Shown here one piece after another: positions 52,126-63,797 of a stretch of 64,000 bases of DNA (position 1 is its first letter; each line of letters opens with the position of its first letter). The notes under the pieces are model-generated. The model worked only from the letters and a program-made list of their open reading frames with translations. It did not search any database and had not been told where the DNA came from. Both the position numbers and the translations under genes were made by a program. This DNA comes from Malacoraja senta. Its lineage: Eukaryota. The DNA lies in assembly GCA_038087875.1 (NCBI GenBank), contig CM075996.1, positions 6,574,001 through 6,638,000 on the forward strand, read 5' to 3'.

Positions 52126-55100
52126 CAGATTCAGATTCAGATTCAGATTCAACTTTATTGTCATTGTGCAGTGTACAGTACAGAGACAACGAAATGCAGT
52201 TAGCATCTCCCTAGAAGAGCGACATAAATATGAGCAGTAAATAAATAAATCTAATAAATCCTGGTGGGAGGAGTGTCCGGGGGGGGGGGGGGGTGTGATT
52301 GGCAGTCACCGAGGTACAGTGTTGAGTAGTGTAACCGCCGCAGGGAAGAAGCTGTTCCTGGACCTGCTGGTCCGGCAACGGAGAGACCTGTAGCGCCTCC
52401 CGGATGGTAGGAGGGTAAACAGTCTGTGGTTGGGGTGAGAGCAGTCCTTGGCGATGCTGAGCGCCCTTCGCAGACAACGCTTGCTTTGGACAGACTCAAT
52501 GGTGGGGAGTGAGGAACCGGTGATGCGTTGGGCAATTTTCACCACCCTCTGCAGTGCTTTCCGGTCGGAGACAGAGCAGTTGCCATACCATACTGTGATG
52601 CAGTTGGTAAGGATGCTCTCGATGGTGCAGCGGTAGAAGTTCACCAGAATCCGAGGAGACAGATGGACCTTCTTTAGTCTCCTCAGGAAGAAGAGACGCT
52701 GGTGAGCCTTCTTGACCAGAGTTGAGGTATTGTTGGTCCAAGAGAGGTCATCGGAGATGTTGACCCCCAGGAACCTGAAGCTGGAAACACGTTCCACCTC
52801 CCTCCCGTTAATGTGGATGGGGGTGTGCATGCCGCCCCTAGACTTCCTGAAGTCTACAATGAGCTCCTTGGTCTTCTTGGAGTTAAGGGCCAGGTTGTTG
52901 TCAGCGCACCATGCTGCTAGGAGCTGGACCTCCTCCCTATAGGCCGACTCATCGTTGTTGCTGATGAGGCCAATCACCGTTGTATCATCTGCATACTTGA
53001 TGATGGTGTTAGTACCATGTACAGGTGTGCAGTCGTAGGTGAAGAGGGAGTAGAGGAGGGGGCTCAGCACACAGCCCTGTGGAACGCCGGTGTTCAGGGT
53101 GAGGGTTGAAGAGGTGTGCTTGTCTAACCTAACAGACTGGGGTCTGTTGGTTAGAAAGTCCAGTATCCAGTTGCAGAGGGAGGGGTCGATGCCCAGGTCA
53201 CCGAGTTTGGTGATCAGTTTAGAGGGTATGATGGTGTTGAATGCTGAGCTGTAATCGATGAACAGCATTCTTACGTAAGTGTCTCTGTTGTCGAGGTGGG
53301 AGAGGGCGGAGTGAAGTGCCGTTGAGATGGCATCCTCCGTACTCCTGTTCTTGCGGTAGGCAAACTGATAGGGATCCAACGTGGGGGGTAGGCAGCCTTT
53401 GAGGTGTGCCAGGACCAGCCTCTCGAAGCACTTGGCGATGATGGGAGTAAGTGCAACTGGGCGGAAGTCGTTGAGGCTTGCCGCAGTGGAGTGTTTTGGC
53501 ACCGGCACGATGGAGGTGGATTTAAGGCACGTGGGCACAACTGCTTGGGCAAGTGACAGGTTGAAGATGTCAGTCCAGACGTCTGTCAGCTGCGCAGCAC
53601 AGGCCCTGAGGACGCGCCCGGGGATGCCGTCGGGGCCAGCAGCCTTACGTGCATTAGTCCTACTCAGTGCCATGTACACGTCGAAGGGGGTGAGTGAGAG
53701 GGGCTGGTGATCGGCAGGGAGCACCGCCTTGATGGCCAACTGCCGATTGTCCCTATCGAAACGGCCATAGAAGTGGTTGAGCTCCTCAAGGAAGGAGGCG
53801 TTACTGGATGTGGGGGTGGTGTTGGTGGGTCTAAAGTCCGTGATGGCCTGGATGCCTTGCCACATGCGTCGGGGGTCGGAGTTGTTGTTGAAGTGCTCCT
53901 CAATCCTGAGTTTATGGCAGTGCTTGGCCTTCTTTATGCCCTTCTTCAGGTTAGCCCTGGATGAACTATAGGCTCGGGCATCGCCTGACCTGAAAGCGGT
54001 GTCCCGTGCTTTCAGCAGTAGCCTGACCTCGCTGTTCATCCATGGCTTCTGATTCGGGAATATGGTCACCTGTTTGAGGGAGGTGACACTGTTGATGGTG
54101 GAGTTTATAAAGTCCAGAACAGATGATGTATAGGAGTCAATGTCCGTGTGGGAGTCGAGGGTGGCCTGGGCTGCAAACGCCTTCCAGTCAGTGTTTCCAA
54201 AACACTGCTGAAGTGTGGAGTCCGCATCCTCTGACCAGACTTTAACTGTCCTCACAGTGGGTTTAACCCGTCTGATGAGTGGGGAGTACTTTGGGAGCAG
54301 GAACAATGAGAGGTGATCAGACTGTCCAAGGTGGGGGAGGGGGACGGCTTTGTAAGCTTCAGCCATGTTGGTGTAGACTTTGTCCAGTGTCTTGCCTTCT
54401 CTAGTGGCGAAGGAGACATGTTGGTGGAATTTGGGGAGTACAGTCTTCAGGTTGGAGTGATTGAAGTCACCCGCAACAATGAAGGCTGCCTCGGGGTTGT
54501 GAGTCTGTTGTTTGCTAATGGCAGAATGCAGATCTTTCATTGCAAGCTTGGCATTAGCATCAGGAGGAATATAGGCTGCAGTCACAACAGTGGAGGTAAA
54601 CTCTCTGGGCAGATAGAACGGTCTGCATCTAACCAAGAGGAACTCTAGGTTAGCTGAGCAGTGACTCTCGATGATGGTGGTGTCCGTGCACCATGCTTTG
54701 TTTACATAAATGCACAGACCTCCACCTCTGGTCTTACCGGAGTCAATTGTCCTGTCCGCTCGGAGTAAATGCCGCCCCGTTAGCTGGATGGCGCTGTCAG
54801 GAACGTCGGTGTTGAGCCAAGTTTCAGTGAGGATCAAGATGCTGCAGTCTTTGATCCAGTTGTGGGAGGTGATCCTTAGCCGGAGTTCGTCCATTTTGTT
54901 AACCAGTGAGCGCACGTTGGCGAGGAAAAGGCTAGGAATCGCTAGCCTGTGTGGGGCGAGCTCTAACCTGGCCTTTAACCCACCTCTGCGTCCCCGGCGA
55001 TGCTTTCGTTCACGTCGCCGTCTGTTGGTGCTTCCGGTCGGCCGAGCTGGCTTGGTGCGCGCTGGTGTTCTGCCGCCCCGCAGCATCGCGGCTCCGCTGG

Positions 55101-55300
55101 TGTTCTGCCGCCCCGCGCCCCCGCGGCTCCGCTGGTGTTCTACCGCCCCGCGACTCCGCTGGCGTTCTACCGCCCCGCGGCTCCGCTGCCGTTGTTCCGC
55201 CCGGGATCGGGACCCGGGATCGGGATTGAACTCGGTTCTTTGGCCACAGTGGGCTCTACTGGCACTTTAGCTAAAGTAACTAAAGCTAAAGTTCTAGCTA
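52126..55300 (-). mobile_element. Rex1/Babar non-LTR retrotransposon, near full length, antisense in CBX6 intron 4
   Basis: Uninterrupted ORF, caatgacaataaag 3' end and (TGAATC)n tail at 52126-52151. The 5' boundary is approximate. Confidence 0.9.
52306..55086 (-). CDS. Rex1/Babar ORF: APE endonuclease plus reverse transcriptase, 926 aa
   Basis: Endonuclease motifs NVRSL, LTETWL, GDFN and SDH; RT motifs [20 protein letters not shown] and YADD. No stops. Confidence 0.93.
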   Translation of the reverse strand: MLRGGRTPARTKPARPTGSTNRRRRERKHRRGRRGGLKARLELAPHRLAIPSLFLANVRSLVNKMDELRLRITSHNWIKDCSILILTETWLNTDVPDSAIQLTGRHLLRADRTIDSGKTRGGGLCIYVNKAWCTDTTIIESHCSANLEFLLVRCRPFYLPREFTSTVVTAAYIPPDANAKLAMKDLHSAISKQQTHNPEAAFIVAGDFNHSNLKTVLPKFHQHVSFATREGKTLDKVYTNMAEAYKAVPLPHLGQSDHLSLFLLPKYSPLIRRVKPTVRTVKVWSEDADSTLQQCFGNTDWKAFAAQATLDSHTDIDSYTSSVLDFINSTINSVTSLKQVTIFPNQKPWMNSEVRLLLKARDTAFRSGDARAYSSSRANLKKGIKKAKHCHKLRIEEHFNNNSDPRRMWQGIQAITDFRPTNTTPTSSNASFLEELNHFYGRFDRDNRQLAIKAVLPADHQPLSLTPFDVYMALSRTNARKAAGPDGIPGRVLRACAAQLTDVWTDIFNLSLAQAVVPTCLKSTSIVPVPKHSTAASLNDFRPVALTPIIAKCFERLVLAHLKGCLPPTLDPYQFAYRKNRSTEDAISTALHSALSHLDNRDTYVRMLFIDYSSAFNTIIPSKLITKLGDLGIDPSLCNWILDFLTNRPQSVRLDKHTSSTLTLNTGVPQGCVLSPLLYSLFTYDCTPVHGTNTIIKYADDTTVIGLISNNDESAYREEVQLLAAWCADNNLALNSKKTKELIVDFRKSRGGMHTPIHINGREVERVSSFRFLGVNISDDLSWTNNTSTLVKKAHQRLFFLRRLKKVHLSPRILVNFYRCTIESILTNCITVWYGNCSVSDRKALQRVVKIAQRITGSSLPTIESVQSKRCLRRALSIAKDCSHPNHRLFTLLPSGRRYRSLRCRTSRSRNSFFPAAVTLLNTVPR

Positions 55301-57329
55301 ACTATATTTTGGAACAGGTACTCCCATCTATACACCAACGGCTCGATTGTAATCGTGTGTTGTCTTTCCACTGACTGGATAGCACGCAACAAAAGCTTTT
55401 CACTGTACCTCGGTACACATGACAATAAACTAAACTGTAAACATTACCACTGGTGGAGGTAGAAAGGAGAGTAAGAACCTGCAGATGCTGGTTTACCAAA
55501 GGCATTCAAAGTGCTGGAGTAACTCAGTGAGTCAGGCAGCATCTCTGGAGGACGTGGATAGGTGACGTTGGGGTACAGGAACCTTTACTTTAGAAATACA
55601 GCATGGAAATGGGCCCTTCGGTCCACTTGAGTCCACTCCGACCGCCAATCACCCGTTCATGCTAGTTGTATGTCTATAGCATCCACTCCCTACACACTAG
55701 GGACAATGTACAAAGGGCCAATTAGTCTACAAACCTGCAAGTCTTTGGAATGTGGGAGGAAATCGGAGCAAACCCAAGCAGGGCACGGGGAGAACGTGCA
55801 AACTCCACACAGACAGCACCCGTAGTCAGGATCGAACCCGGGTCTCTGGCGCTGTGAGGCAGCAGCTCTACTGCTGCGCCAGCGTGCCGCCCTTAAATCT
55901 GAACCCTTCTTCAGACATGTAGAAGTCGAATAAACACAATAAACAAGCTTCCCTCTGCACTTCGATACACATGACAATAATATTTAGACCCGGGTTCGAT
56001 CCCGACTACGGGTGCTGTCTGTACGGAGTTTGTACGTTCTTCCCGTGACTGCGTGGGTTTAATCCGAGATCTTGGGTTTCCTCCCGCACTCCAGACGTGC
56101 AGGTTTGTAGGTTAATTGGCTTGGTGTATGTGTAAATTGTCCCTAGTGTGTGTAAGATAGTGTTCGTGTGCGGGGATCGCTGTTCGGTGTGGACTCGGTG
56201 GGACGAAAGGCCTGTTTCCGCGCTGTATCTCTAAACTAAACTAACGGAATCAGGGGATATGGGGTAAAAGCAGGAACGGGGTACTGATTCTGGATGGTCA
56301 GCCATGATCATATTGAATGGCTGGTGCAGGCTCGAAGGGCGGAATGGCATACTCCTGCACCTATTGTCTATGTTTCTAACTTTCTAACTAAAGGGTTCGG
56401 TTACAGCTCCAGCCACCTAGTGGTCACTCTGTGAAACAACGTAATTTTAAAATGTAAAGATCTTTTTAACAACTAAAAATGTATTTATGTAACTGCTAAA
56501 AATATTAAAGGCTGTTTGTTATATTGTTTAGAAGCGTTAAATGTCTATGGAAGTGGATTGCCTCTCTAAAGAAGGGTTCCGATCTGAAAAGCCACCTATC
56601 CATGTTCTCCAGAGATGTTGCCTGACCCGCTGAGTTACTCCAGCACTTTGTGTCTATCTCTTGATTTAAAGATAGTCTGATGGTCTCCAATGGGATAGAT
56701 TGTCGGTCAGGACCGCTCTCCAATTGGTGAATAGATAGGTCAAAGGGGGGGAAGATATTGTTCAGAAGGATGAGGGGGCACCTCATTACAACTTACCGAA
56801 TAGTGAAAGGCCTGGATAGAGTGGACGTGGAGAGGATGTTTCCACTAGTGGGAGAGTCTAGGACTAGAGGGCACAGCCTCAAAATAAAAGGACGTTCCTT
56901 TAGGAACGAGATGAGGAGGAATCTCTTTAGTCAGAGGGTGGTGAATCTGGAATTCTTTGCCACAGAAGGCTGTGGAGGCCAAGTCAGTGGATATTTTAAA
57001 GGCAGAGATTGACAGATTCATGATCAGTACGGGTGTCGGGGGTTATGGGGAGAAAGCAGGAGAACGGGGTTGAGAGGGAAAGATAGACCAGCCGTGATTA
57101 AATGGCAGAGTAGGCTTGACGGGCCGAATGGCCCAATTCTGCTCCTAGAACATATGAAGATGCAGAGTGCAGGATACATGTATAAACTGAGGACAGACAC
57201 AAAAAGCTGGAGTAACTCAGCGGGTCGGGCAGCACCTGTGGAGAAAAGGACTAGGTGACTTTTCGGGTCGAGTCCCTTCTTTCGTAACCTGGACCTAGCC
57301 CAGACCATCACATAGTATACAAACTTAAA

Positions 57330-58432
57330 GCACATGGTATTGGGGGTTCAGTATTGATGTGGATAGAGAACTGGCTGGCAAACAGGAAGCAAAGAGTAGG
57401 AGTAAACGGGTCCTTTTTACAATGGCAGGCAGTGACTAGTGGGGTACCGCAAGGCTCAGTGCTGGGACACCAGCTATTTACAATTTATATTAATGATCTG
57501 GATGAGGGAGTTAAAGGCAACATCTCCAAGTTTGCGGATGACACTAAGCTGGGGGGCAGTGTTAGCTGTGAGGAGGATGCTAGGAGACTGCAAGGTGACT
57601 TGGATAGGCTGGGTGAGTGGGCAAATGTTTGGCAGATGCAGTATAATGTGGATAAATGTGAGGTTATCCACTTTGGTGGCAAAAACAGGAAAGCAGACTA
57701 TTATCTAAATGGTGGCCGATTAGGAAAAGGGGAGATGCAGCGAGACCTGGGTGTCATGGTACACCAGTCATTGAAAGTAGGCATGCAGGTGCAGCAGGCA
57801 GTGAAGAAAGCGAATGGTATGTTAGCTTTCATAGCAAAAGGATTTGAGTATAGGAGCAGGGAGGTTCTACTGCAGTTGTACAGGGTCTTGGTGAGACCAC
57901 ACCTGGAGTATTGCGTACAGTTTTGGTCTCCAAATCTGAGGAAGTACATTATAGCCATAGAGGGAGTGCAGAGAAGGTTCACCAGACTGTCAGGACTTTC
58001 ATATGAAGAAAGACTGGATAGACTTGGCTTATACTCGCTAGAATTTAGGAGATTGAGAGGGGATCTTATAGAAACGTACAAAATTCTTATGGGGTTGGAC
58101 AGGCTAGATGCAGGAAGATTGTTCCCGATGTTGGGGAAGTCCAGGACAAGGGGTCACAGCTTAAGGATAAGGGGGAAATCCTTTAAGACCGAGATGAGAA
58201 AAAACGTTTTCACACAGAGAGTGGTGAATCTCTGGAACTCTCTGCCACAGAGGGTAGTTGAGGCCAGTTCATTGGCTATATTTAAGAGGGAGTTAGATGT
58301 GGCCCTTGTGGCTAAAGGGATCAGGGGGTATGGAGAGGAGGCAGGTACGGGATACTGAGTTGGATGATCAGCCATGATCATATTGAATGGCGGTGCAGGC
58401 TCGAAGGGCCGAATGGCCTACTCCTGCACCTG
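57330..58432 (+). mobile_element. CR1-clade LINE 3' fragment with a 334-aa open frame (young)
   Basis: GVPQGSVLG, KFADDTKLG and RPHLEYCVQFW motifs; 3' tail. Confidence 0.92.
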
Positions 58433-59031
58433 TATCTATAAACCAACCTCCCTTCCATTGACCATCTACACCTCACGCTGCCTCGGCAAGGCCAGCAGCA
58501 TCATCTAGGACGAGTCGCACTCTGGCCATTCCCTCTTTTCTCTCCCATCGGGCAAGAGGTACAGAAGTGTGAAAACGCACACCTCCAGATTCAGGGGCAG
58601 TTTCTTCCCGGCTGTTATCAGGCAACTGAACCATCCTATCACAACCAGAGAGCAGTGCTGAACTACTATCTACCTCTTTGGTGACCGTTGGACTATCCTT
58701 GATCGGACTTTGCTGGCTTTACCTTGCACTAAACGTTATTCCCTTATCATGTATCTATACACTGTAAGTGGATTGATTATAATCATGTTTAGTCTTTCCG
58801 CTGGCTGGTTGGCAACAAAGGCTTTTCACTGTACCTCGGTACACATGACAATAAACTTAACTAGTGTAGGAAAGAACTGCAGATGCTGGTTTAAACCGAA
58901 GATAGACACAAAATGCCAGAGTAACTCAGTGGGACGGGGTGCATCTCTGGTGGGGGTGGGGGGACTGAATGGATGACGTTTCTGGTCGAGACCCTTCTTC
59001 AGACTGACTGTTGTCCCTCTCTCCTCCGCAG

Positions 59032-59975
59032 GCCCGTGCCCAGGCTGAAGCCTTGCGGATCGAGACATGCACTTCTCCATGAAGCCGGGCCCCGGCAGCT
59101 CAGCCAAGCTGCCCGGCAGCCTGGCGGCCTACAAGCTGAAGAAGACCATGCGCCGCTGCTACCGGACCTCGAAGCGGGCCCTGTCGCGGGTGGAGCCCCA
59201 GCCGGGCCTGAGCGGGCAGGCCCGGGGCCCGCTGCCGCTGCCCGAGAGCGTGCGCATCATCAACCGCAAGGCGGAGCCCCGGAAACGGCGACGCAGCCGC
59301 ATCATCCTCAACCTCAAGGTGATCGACAAGGGAGCCAAGCCCCTGGGCAAGGCCAAGATCCCGTCCCGCAACAGGGTGATCGGCAAGAGCAAGAAGTTCA
59401 GTGAGAGCATCCTGCGCACCCAGATCCGTCACCTCAAGTTCAACGACTTCTCCGTCTACGACAAGTCCTTCCGCCCGCTGCCAGGGGGCGAGGGTCGGAG
59501 GTCGGAGGGCGACCCCGGCACCTCGCGCTCCCAGCCCCCCGCCCCCTCCGCCCTGCGTTACCCTGGCGACCCGGCCCCCCAGCCCGCCAGCGAGTGGCCG
59601 GGGCCCGGTGGGGGAGGGGGGTGGAGGGGGGGCCAAGGTGCCCGGGGAGTCCCCAGCCCGGCCACTCCCGACTGGAGGGAGGCCGAGGTCCTGGACCTCT
59701 CGCTGCCCCCCGAGTCTGCCGCTGCCGCCGGCGGCCCCTCCCCGCAGCCCCCACCTCCTCCTCCTCCTCCGCAGCGGCCCCCGCTCCAGCACGGGGCAGG
59801 GAGGGGGCCCCGACGACCAGGCCGAGGCTGAGGCTGAGGTGCCGGGCTGGAGGCCCGAGATGTCTCCCTGCTCCAACGTGGTGGTAACCGACGTCACCAC
59901 CAACCTCCTCACCGTCACCATCAAAGAGTTCTGCAACGCGGACAACTTCGTCAGGGCCTGCGCTCTCATCCCTGA
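59032..59975 (+). CDS. CBX6: CBX6 terminal exon ([10 protein letters not shown]..., [26 protein letters not shown], Pc box [21 protein letters not shown]); two apparent frameshifts, stop position uncertain
   Basis: ctcctccgcAG acceptor. CBX6-specific blocks fall in alternating frames (59032-59061, 59064 to about 59790, about 59790-59950). No in-frame stop before the poly-C run, so the end coordinate is approximate. Confidence 0.88.
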
Positions 59976-60164
59976 AACTCCCCCCCCCCCCCCCCCCCCC
60001 CCCCGTCTCCCCAAACCTCCCCCCCCCCCCCACCCAACCCCAGCAACTCTCCACTGCCCCCACCAAGCCAGCTTTCACCCTACACCCAGTGTAAGTGTTT
60101 ACCTGGGTGGAAATTCTCCTGCCCCTGAAAACATCAATCACCAAATTTCATTCCTTCTTTCCAA

Positions 60165-60735
60165 TTACTTCATTCTCTCTCTCTCTCGCTCTCGGTCTCA
60201 TTTTGCCTCACTGGATGTGTCTGTCCTCTCTCTCTCTCCTACTCTCTCTCTCTTTTTTTTTTGCATGTCTCTCTGTCCCTCTCTGTATAGGCACTGTCTC
60301 TCTGTCCCCTCCCTGCCTGTCCTCTCTCTCTATCCCCCCTTTCTCTCTCTATCCCCCTCTTTCTCTCTCTATCCCCTCTTTCTCTCTCTATCCCCTTCTC
60401 TCTCTATCCCCCCCCTTTCTCTCTATCCCCTTTCTCTCTCTATCCCCCTTTCTCTCTCTATCCCCTTCTCTCTCTATCCCCCCTTTCTCTCTCTATCCCC
60501 CCTTTCTCTCTCTATCCCCCCTTTCTCTCTCTATCCCCCCCTTTCTCTCTCTATTCCCCCCTTTCTCTCTCTATCCCCCTCTTTCTCTCTCTATCCCCCC
60601 CTCTCTCTCTCCCCCCTCCTTCTCTCCCCCTCTTTCTCTGCCTGTCCCCCTCTGTCACCCTTCTCTCTCTTGCCCGCTCTCTCCTCTCCTTTTTGTCCCA
60701 TTCTATCCCACATTTCTACTCCCTTTTCTGTCTCC
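60165..60735. repeat. Pyrimidine-rich low-complexity tandem repeat (ctctctatccccctt)n
   Basis: Direct inspection; abuts a gap. Confidence 0.9.
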
Positions 60736-61715
60736 NNNNNNNNNNNNNNNNNNNNNNNNNNNNNNNNNNNNNNNNNNNNNNNNNNNNNNNNNNNNNNNNN
60801 NNNNNNNNNNNNNNNNNNNNNNNNNNNNNNNNNNNNNNNNNNNNNNNNNNNNNNNNNNNNNNNNNNNNNNNNNNNNNNNNNNNNNNNNNNNNNNNNNNNN
60901 NNNNNNNNNNNNNNNNNNNNNNNNNNNNNNNNNNNATCAAAAATTAAGTGACAACTCTCAGTAGGCTGGTTATAATACATCCTCTCTAAAAAACGGTTTC
61001 CTCTTTTGTCACAGATCATTTATGTTATAGAGGAATGGTTAGAGAGGACCAAGATGCATTTAAATTCTGTTGTACCCATGATCTGGGCTACAACATCCCA
61101 AATAACTAGTCTTGGCAATTTGGTTCAACAAGTTTCATACCCCTCTCTATAGCAGTTAAAAAAAAATAAAACTACAAAACAGGATCAATTACAGAGATCT
61201 ATCAAGGTCACTGCAACCTCCTTGAAAATAGAACAAAACAGACACAGCATCTTTAATAAATAATTCAGTCACAGCCAAAAGTTTGAATGAACTGTAGGGT
61301 CTAATTAAAACAAATGTGGTCAGTACAAGTAAAAATTAATTCTAGAATTAAAACAATCGATGCATTTCCCTTGCATACTTCAAGTTCAATCGGCAAATGT
61401 GTGATTAAACATATTTATATCAAAAAAGCGACACACATGCACAAAGTTCAAGAGAGACAAAGTTGACACTGACATCAGCCATCGGCAAATGGTTTAAAAA
61501 ATGTTAAAATCCATTCCAAAAACATCTCTTTTTAAAAAAAAGGTAACAATGTCACTTCCTAATTGGTTATGGATACTTCCATAATCTTTCTATAAGAGGG
61601 CTGTGGTTTGGATTTTCCCTCCCGGGTCGGTGAGGGGAAACGGGCGAGGAAAGCAGTGATTGAGATGGTAGGAGAACGGTCGGTCTCCTTGCTCTGCAGT
61701 CACTTTCCGACAGAT

Positions 61716-61805
61716 CTAGCAGCCACTGGCTGGAGTCACCGCAGCTCCCTGGGATTTCACCTTGTGTCTTTGTCCTCCTCGCCTTCTGCCTCCACTCGTC
61801 TTGGG
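61716..61805 (-). CDS. GTPBP1: GTP-binding protein 1, last coding exon ([29 protein letters not shown])
   Basis: Strong acceptor tttctcctgtctgatttcttcgcAG. The phase-0 translation matches the recalled vertebrate GTPBP1 C-terminus ([24 protein letters not shown]). AT-rich putative 3'UTR runs leftward to the gap. Confidence 0.9.
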   Translation of the reverse strand, partial: PKTSGGRRRGGQRHKVKSQGAAVTPASGC

Positions 61806-61835
61806 CTGCGAAGAAATCAGACAGGAGAAACTGAT

Positions 61836-62818
61836 ACAAGGGTATTGAGTAATGAGGAAGGGTTAGTTAGCAGTCTTGTTGTGCGTGCCCCCTTGGGCAA
61901 GAGTGACCATAATATGGTTGAGTTCTTCATTAGGATGGAGAGTGACATTGTTAATTCAGAAACAACGGTTCTGAACTTAAAGAAAGGTAACTTTGAGGGT
62001 ATGAGACGTGAATTGGCCAAGATTGACTGGCAATTAGTTCTAAAAGGGTTGACAGTGGATATGCAATGGAAGGCATTTAAAGACTGCATGGATGAACTAC
62101 AAAAATTGTTCATCCCAGTTTGGCAAAAGAATAAATCAGGGAAGGTAGTGCATCCGTGGATAACAAGGGAAATCAGGGATAGTATCAAAGCAAAAGATGA
62201 TGCGTACAAATTAGCCAGAAAAAGCAGCATACCAGAGGACTGGGAGAAATTCAGAGACCAGCAGAGGAGGACAAAGGGCTTAATTCGGAAAGGGAAAATA
62301 GATTATGAAAGAAAACTGGCAGGGAACATTAAAACTGACTGCAAGCGTTTTTATAGATATGTGAAGAGAAAGAGATTAGTTAAAACAAATGTAGGTCCCT
62401 TGCAGTCAGAAACAGGTGAATTGATCATGGGGAACAAGGATATGGCAGACCAATTGAATAACTATGGGTTGGACAGGCTAGATGCAGAAAGATTGTTTCC
62501 GATGTTGGGGAAGTCCAGGACAAGGGGTCACAGCTTAAGGATAAGGGGGAAATCCTTTAAGACCGAGATGAGAAAAAACTTTTTCACACAGAGAGTGGTG
62601 AATCTCTGGAACTCTCTGCCACAGAGGGTAGTTGAGGCCAGTTCATTGGCTATATTTAAGAGGGAGTTAGATGTGGCCCTTGTGGCTAAAGGGATCGGTG
62701 GTATGGAGAGAAGGCAGGTACAGGATACGGAGTTGGATGATCAGCCATGATCATATTGAATGGCGGTGCAGGCTCGAAGGGCCGAATGGCCTACTCCTGC
62801 ACCTATTTTCTATGTATC
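61836..62818 (+). mobile_element. CR1-clade LINE with an internal deletion, in the last intron of GTPBP1
   Basis: GKSDHN endonuclease end and linker joined at about 62465 directly to a 3' end nearly identical to 58090-58430. Confidence 0.85.
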
Positions 62819-63797
62819 TAAGACATTCTTTAGATGACAAAGTGACAAGTGGGTAGCTGACACAGGACAAATCCTGTGTCCCCGCTAGCATTTGGCCAAC
62901 TGGGCAACATTTCCGGCAGTTGCACAATACCAGACAAAGGGCACTTAGTTTAGTTTAGAGATACAGCGCAGAAACAGGCCCTTCCGCCCACCGCACACTA
63001 ACCAACACTGGGGACAATTTTTACATTCATATCAAGCCAATTAACCTACAAACCTGTATGTCTATGGAGTGTGAGAGGAAGCAGAAGTTCTCGGGGAAAA
63101 CCCATGCAGGTCACAGGGAGAACGTACAAACCGTACAGACAAGCACCCATAGTCCGGATCGAACTGGGGTCTCTGGCGCTGTAAGGCAGCAACTCTACCG
63201 CTGTGCCACTCCTAAATTGACTCTGGGGTGGCACGATGGCACAGTGGTAGATTTTCTGCATTACAGGGCCAGAGACAGCCGTTACTTTGCTCGTGTTCTT
63301 GGAGGGAGATCTGCATCGTGTTGGGTTTTTAATGCATGGCCAGGTTTTGACAGCCATTGCCCACAGCAAACCAAAACAAACCCCCTCCCTCCAAGTAATA
63401 ATCAAGTTTATTCAACTCTAGCTTTCTTTCCAAAGCTGCTGTTTTCTTGCCAGCATACAGTCCCAGTTACTGGCACAGACCACTGGTTTGATGTGAGATT
63501 TAGTTTAGAGATACAGCGTGGAAACCGGCCCTTCGGCCGGGCTGACCAGCGTACCTCATGCACTAGCACTATCCTACACACTGGGGACAATTGACAATTT
63601 TTACTGAAGCCAATTAACCTATAAACCTGCACATCGTTGTAATGTGGGAGGAACAGGGTCACGGTGAAAATGTACAAATTCCGTACAGACAGTGCCTGCA
63701 GTCAGGATGAAACCCGTCGCTGTAAGGCAGCAACTCTACCACTGTTCCGCCCCAGAGTAATGTTGTTTCATGACTTGCCCATGAATACAGTGCCAGG

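Noticed and set aside
59401..60951. 516-aa ORF
   Set aside because: Only about 59790-59950 (the Pc box) is meaningful. The rest is off-frame CBX6, poly-C, CT low-complexity sequence and Ns.
61567..62750. ORFs 61567-61839 (-) and 61608-62750 (+)
   Set aside because: The first is the wrong frame of the GTPBP1 exon. The second is antisense GTPBP1 read through into a CR1 remnant.
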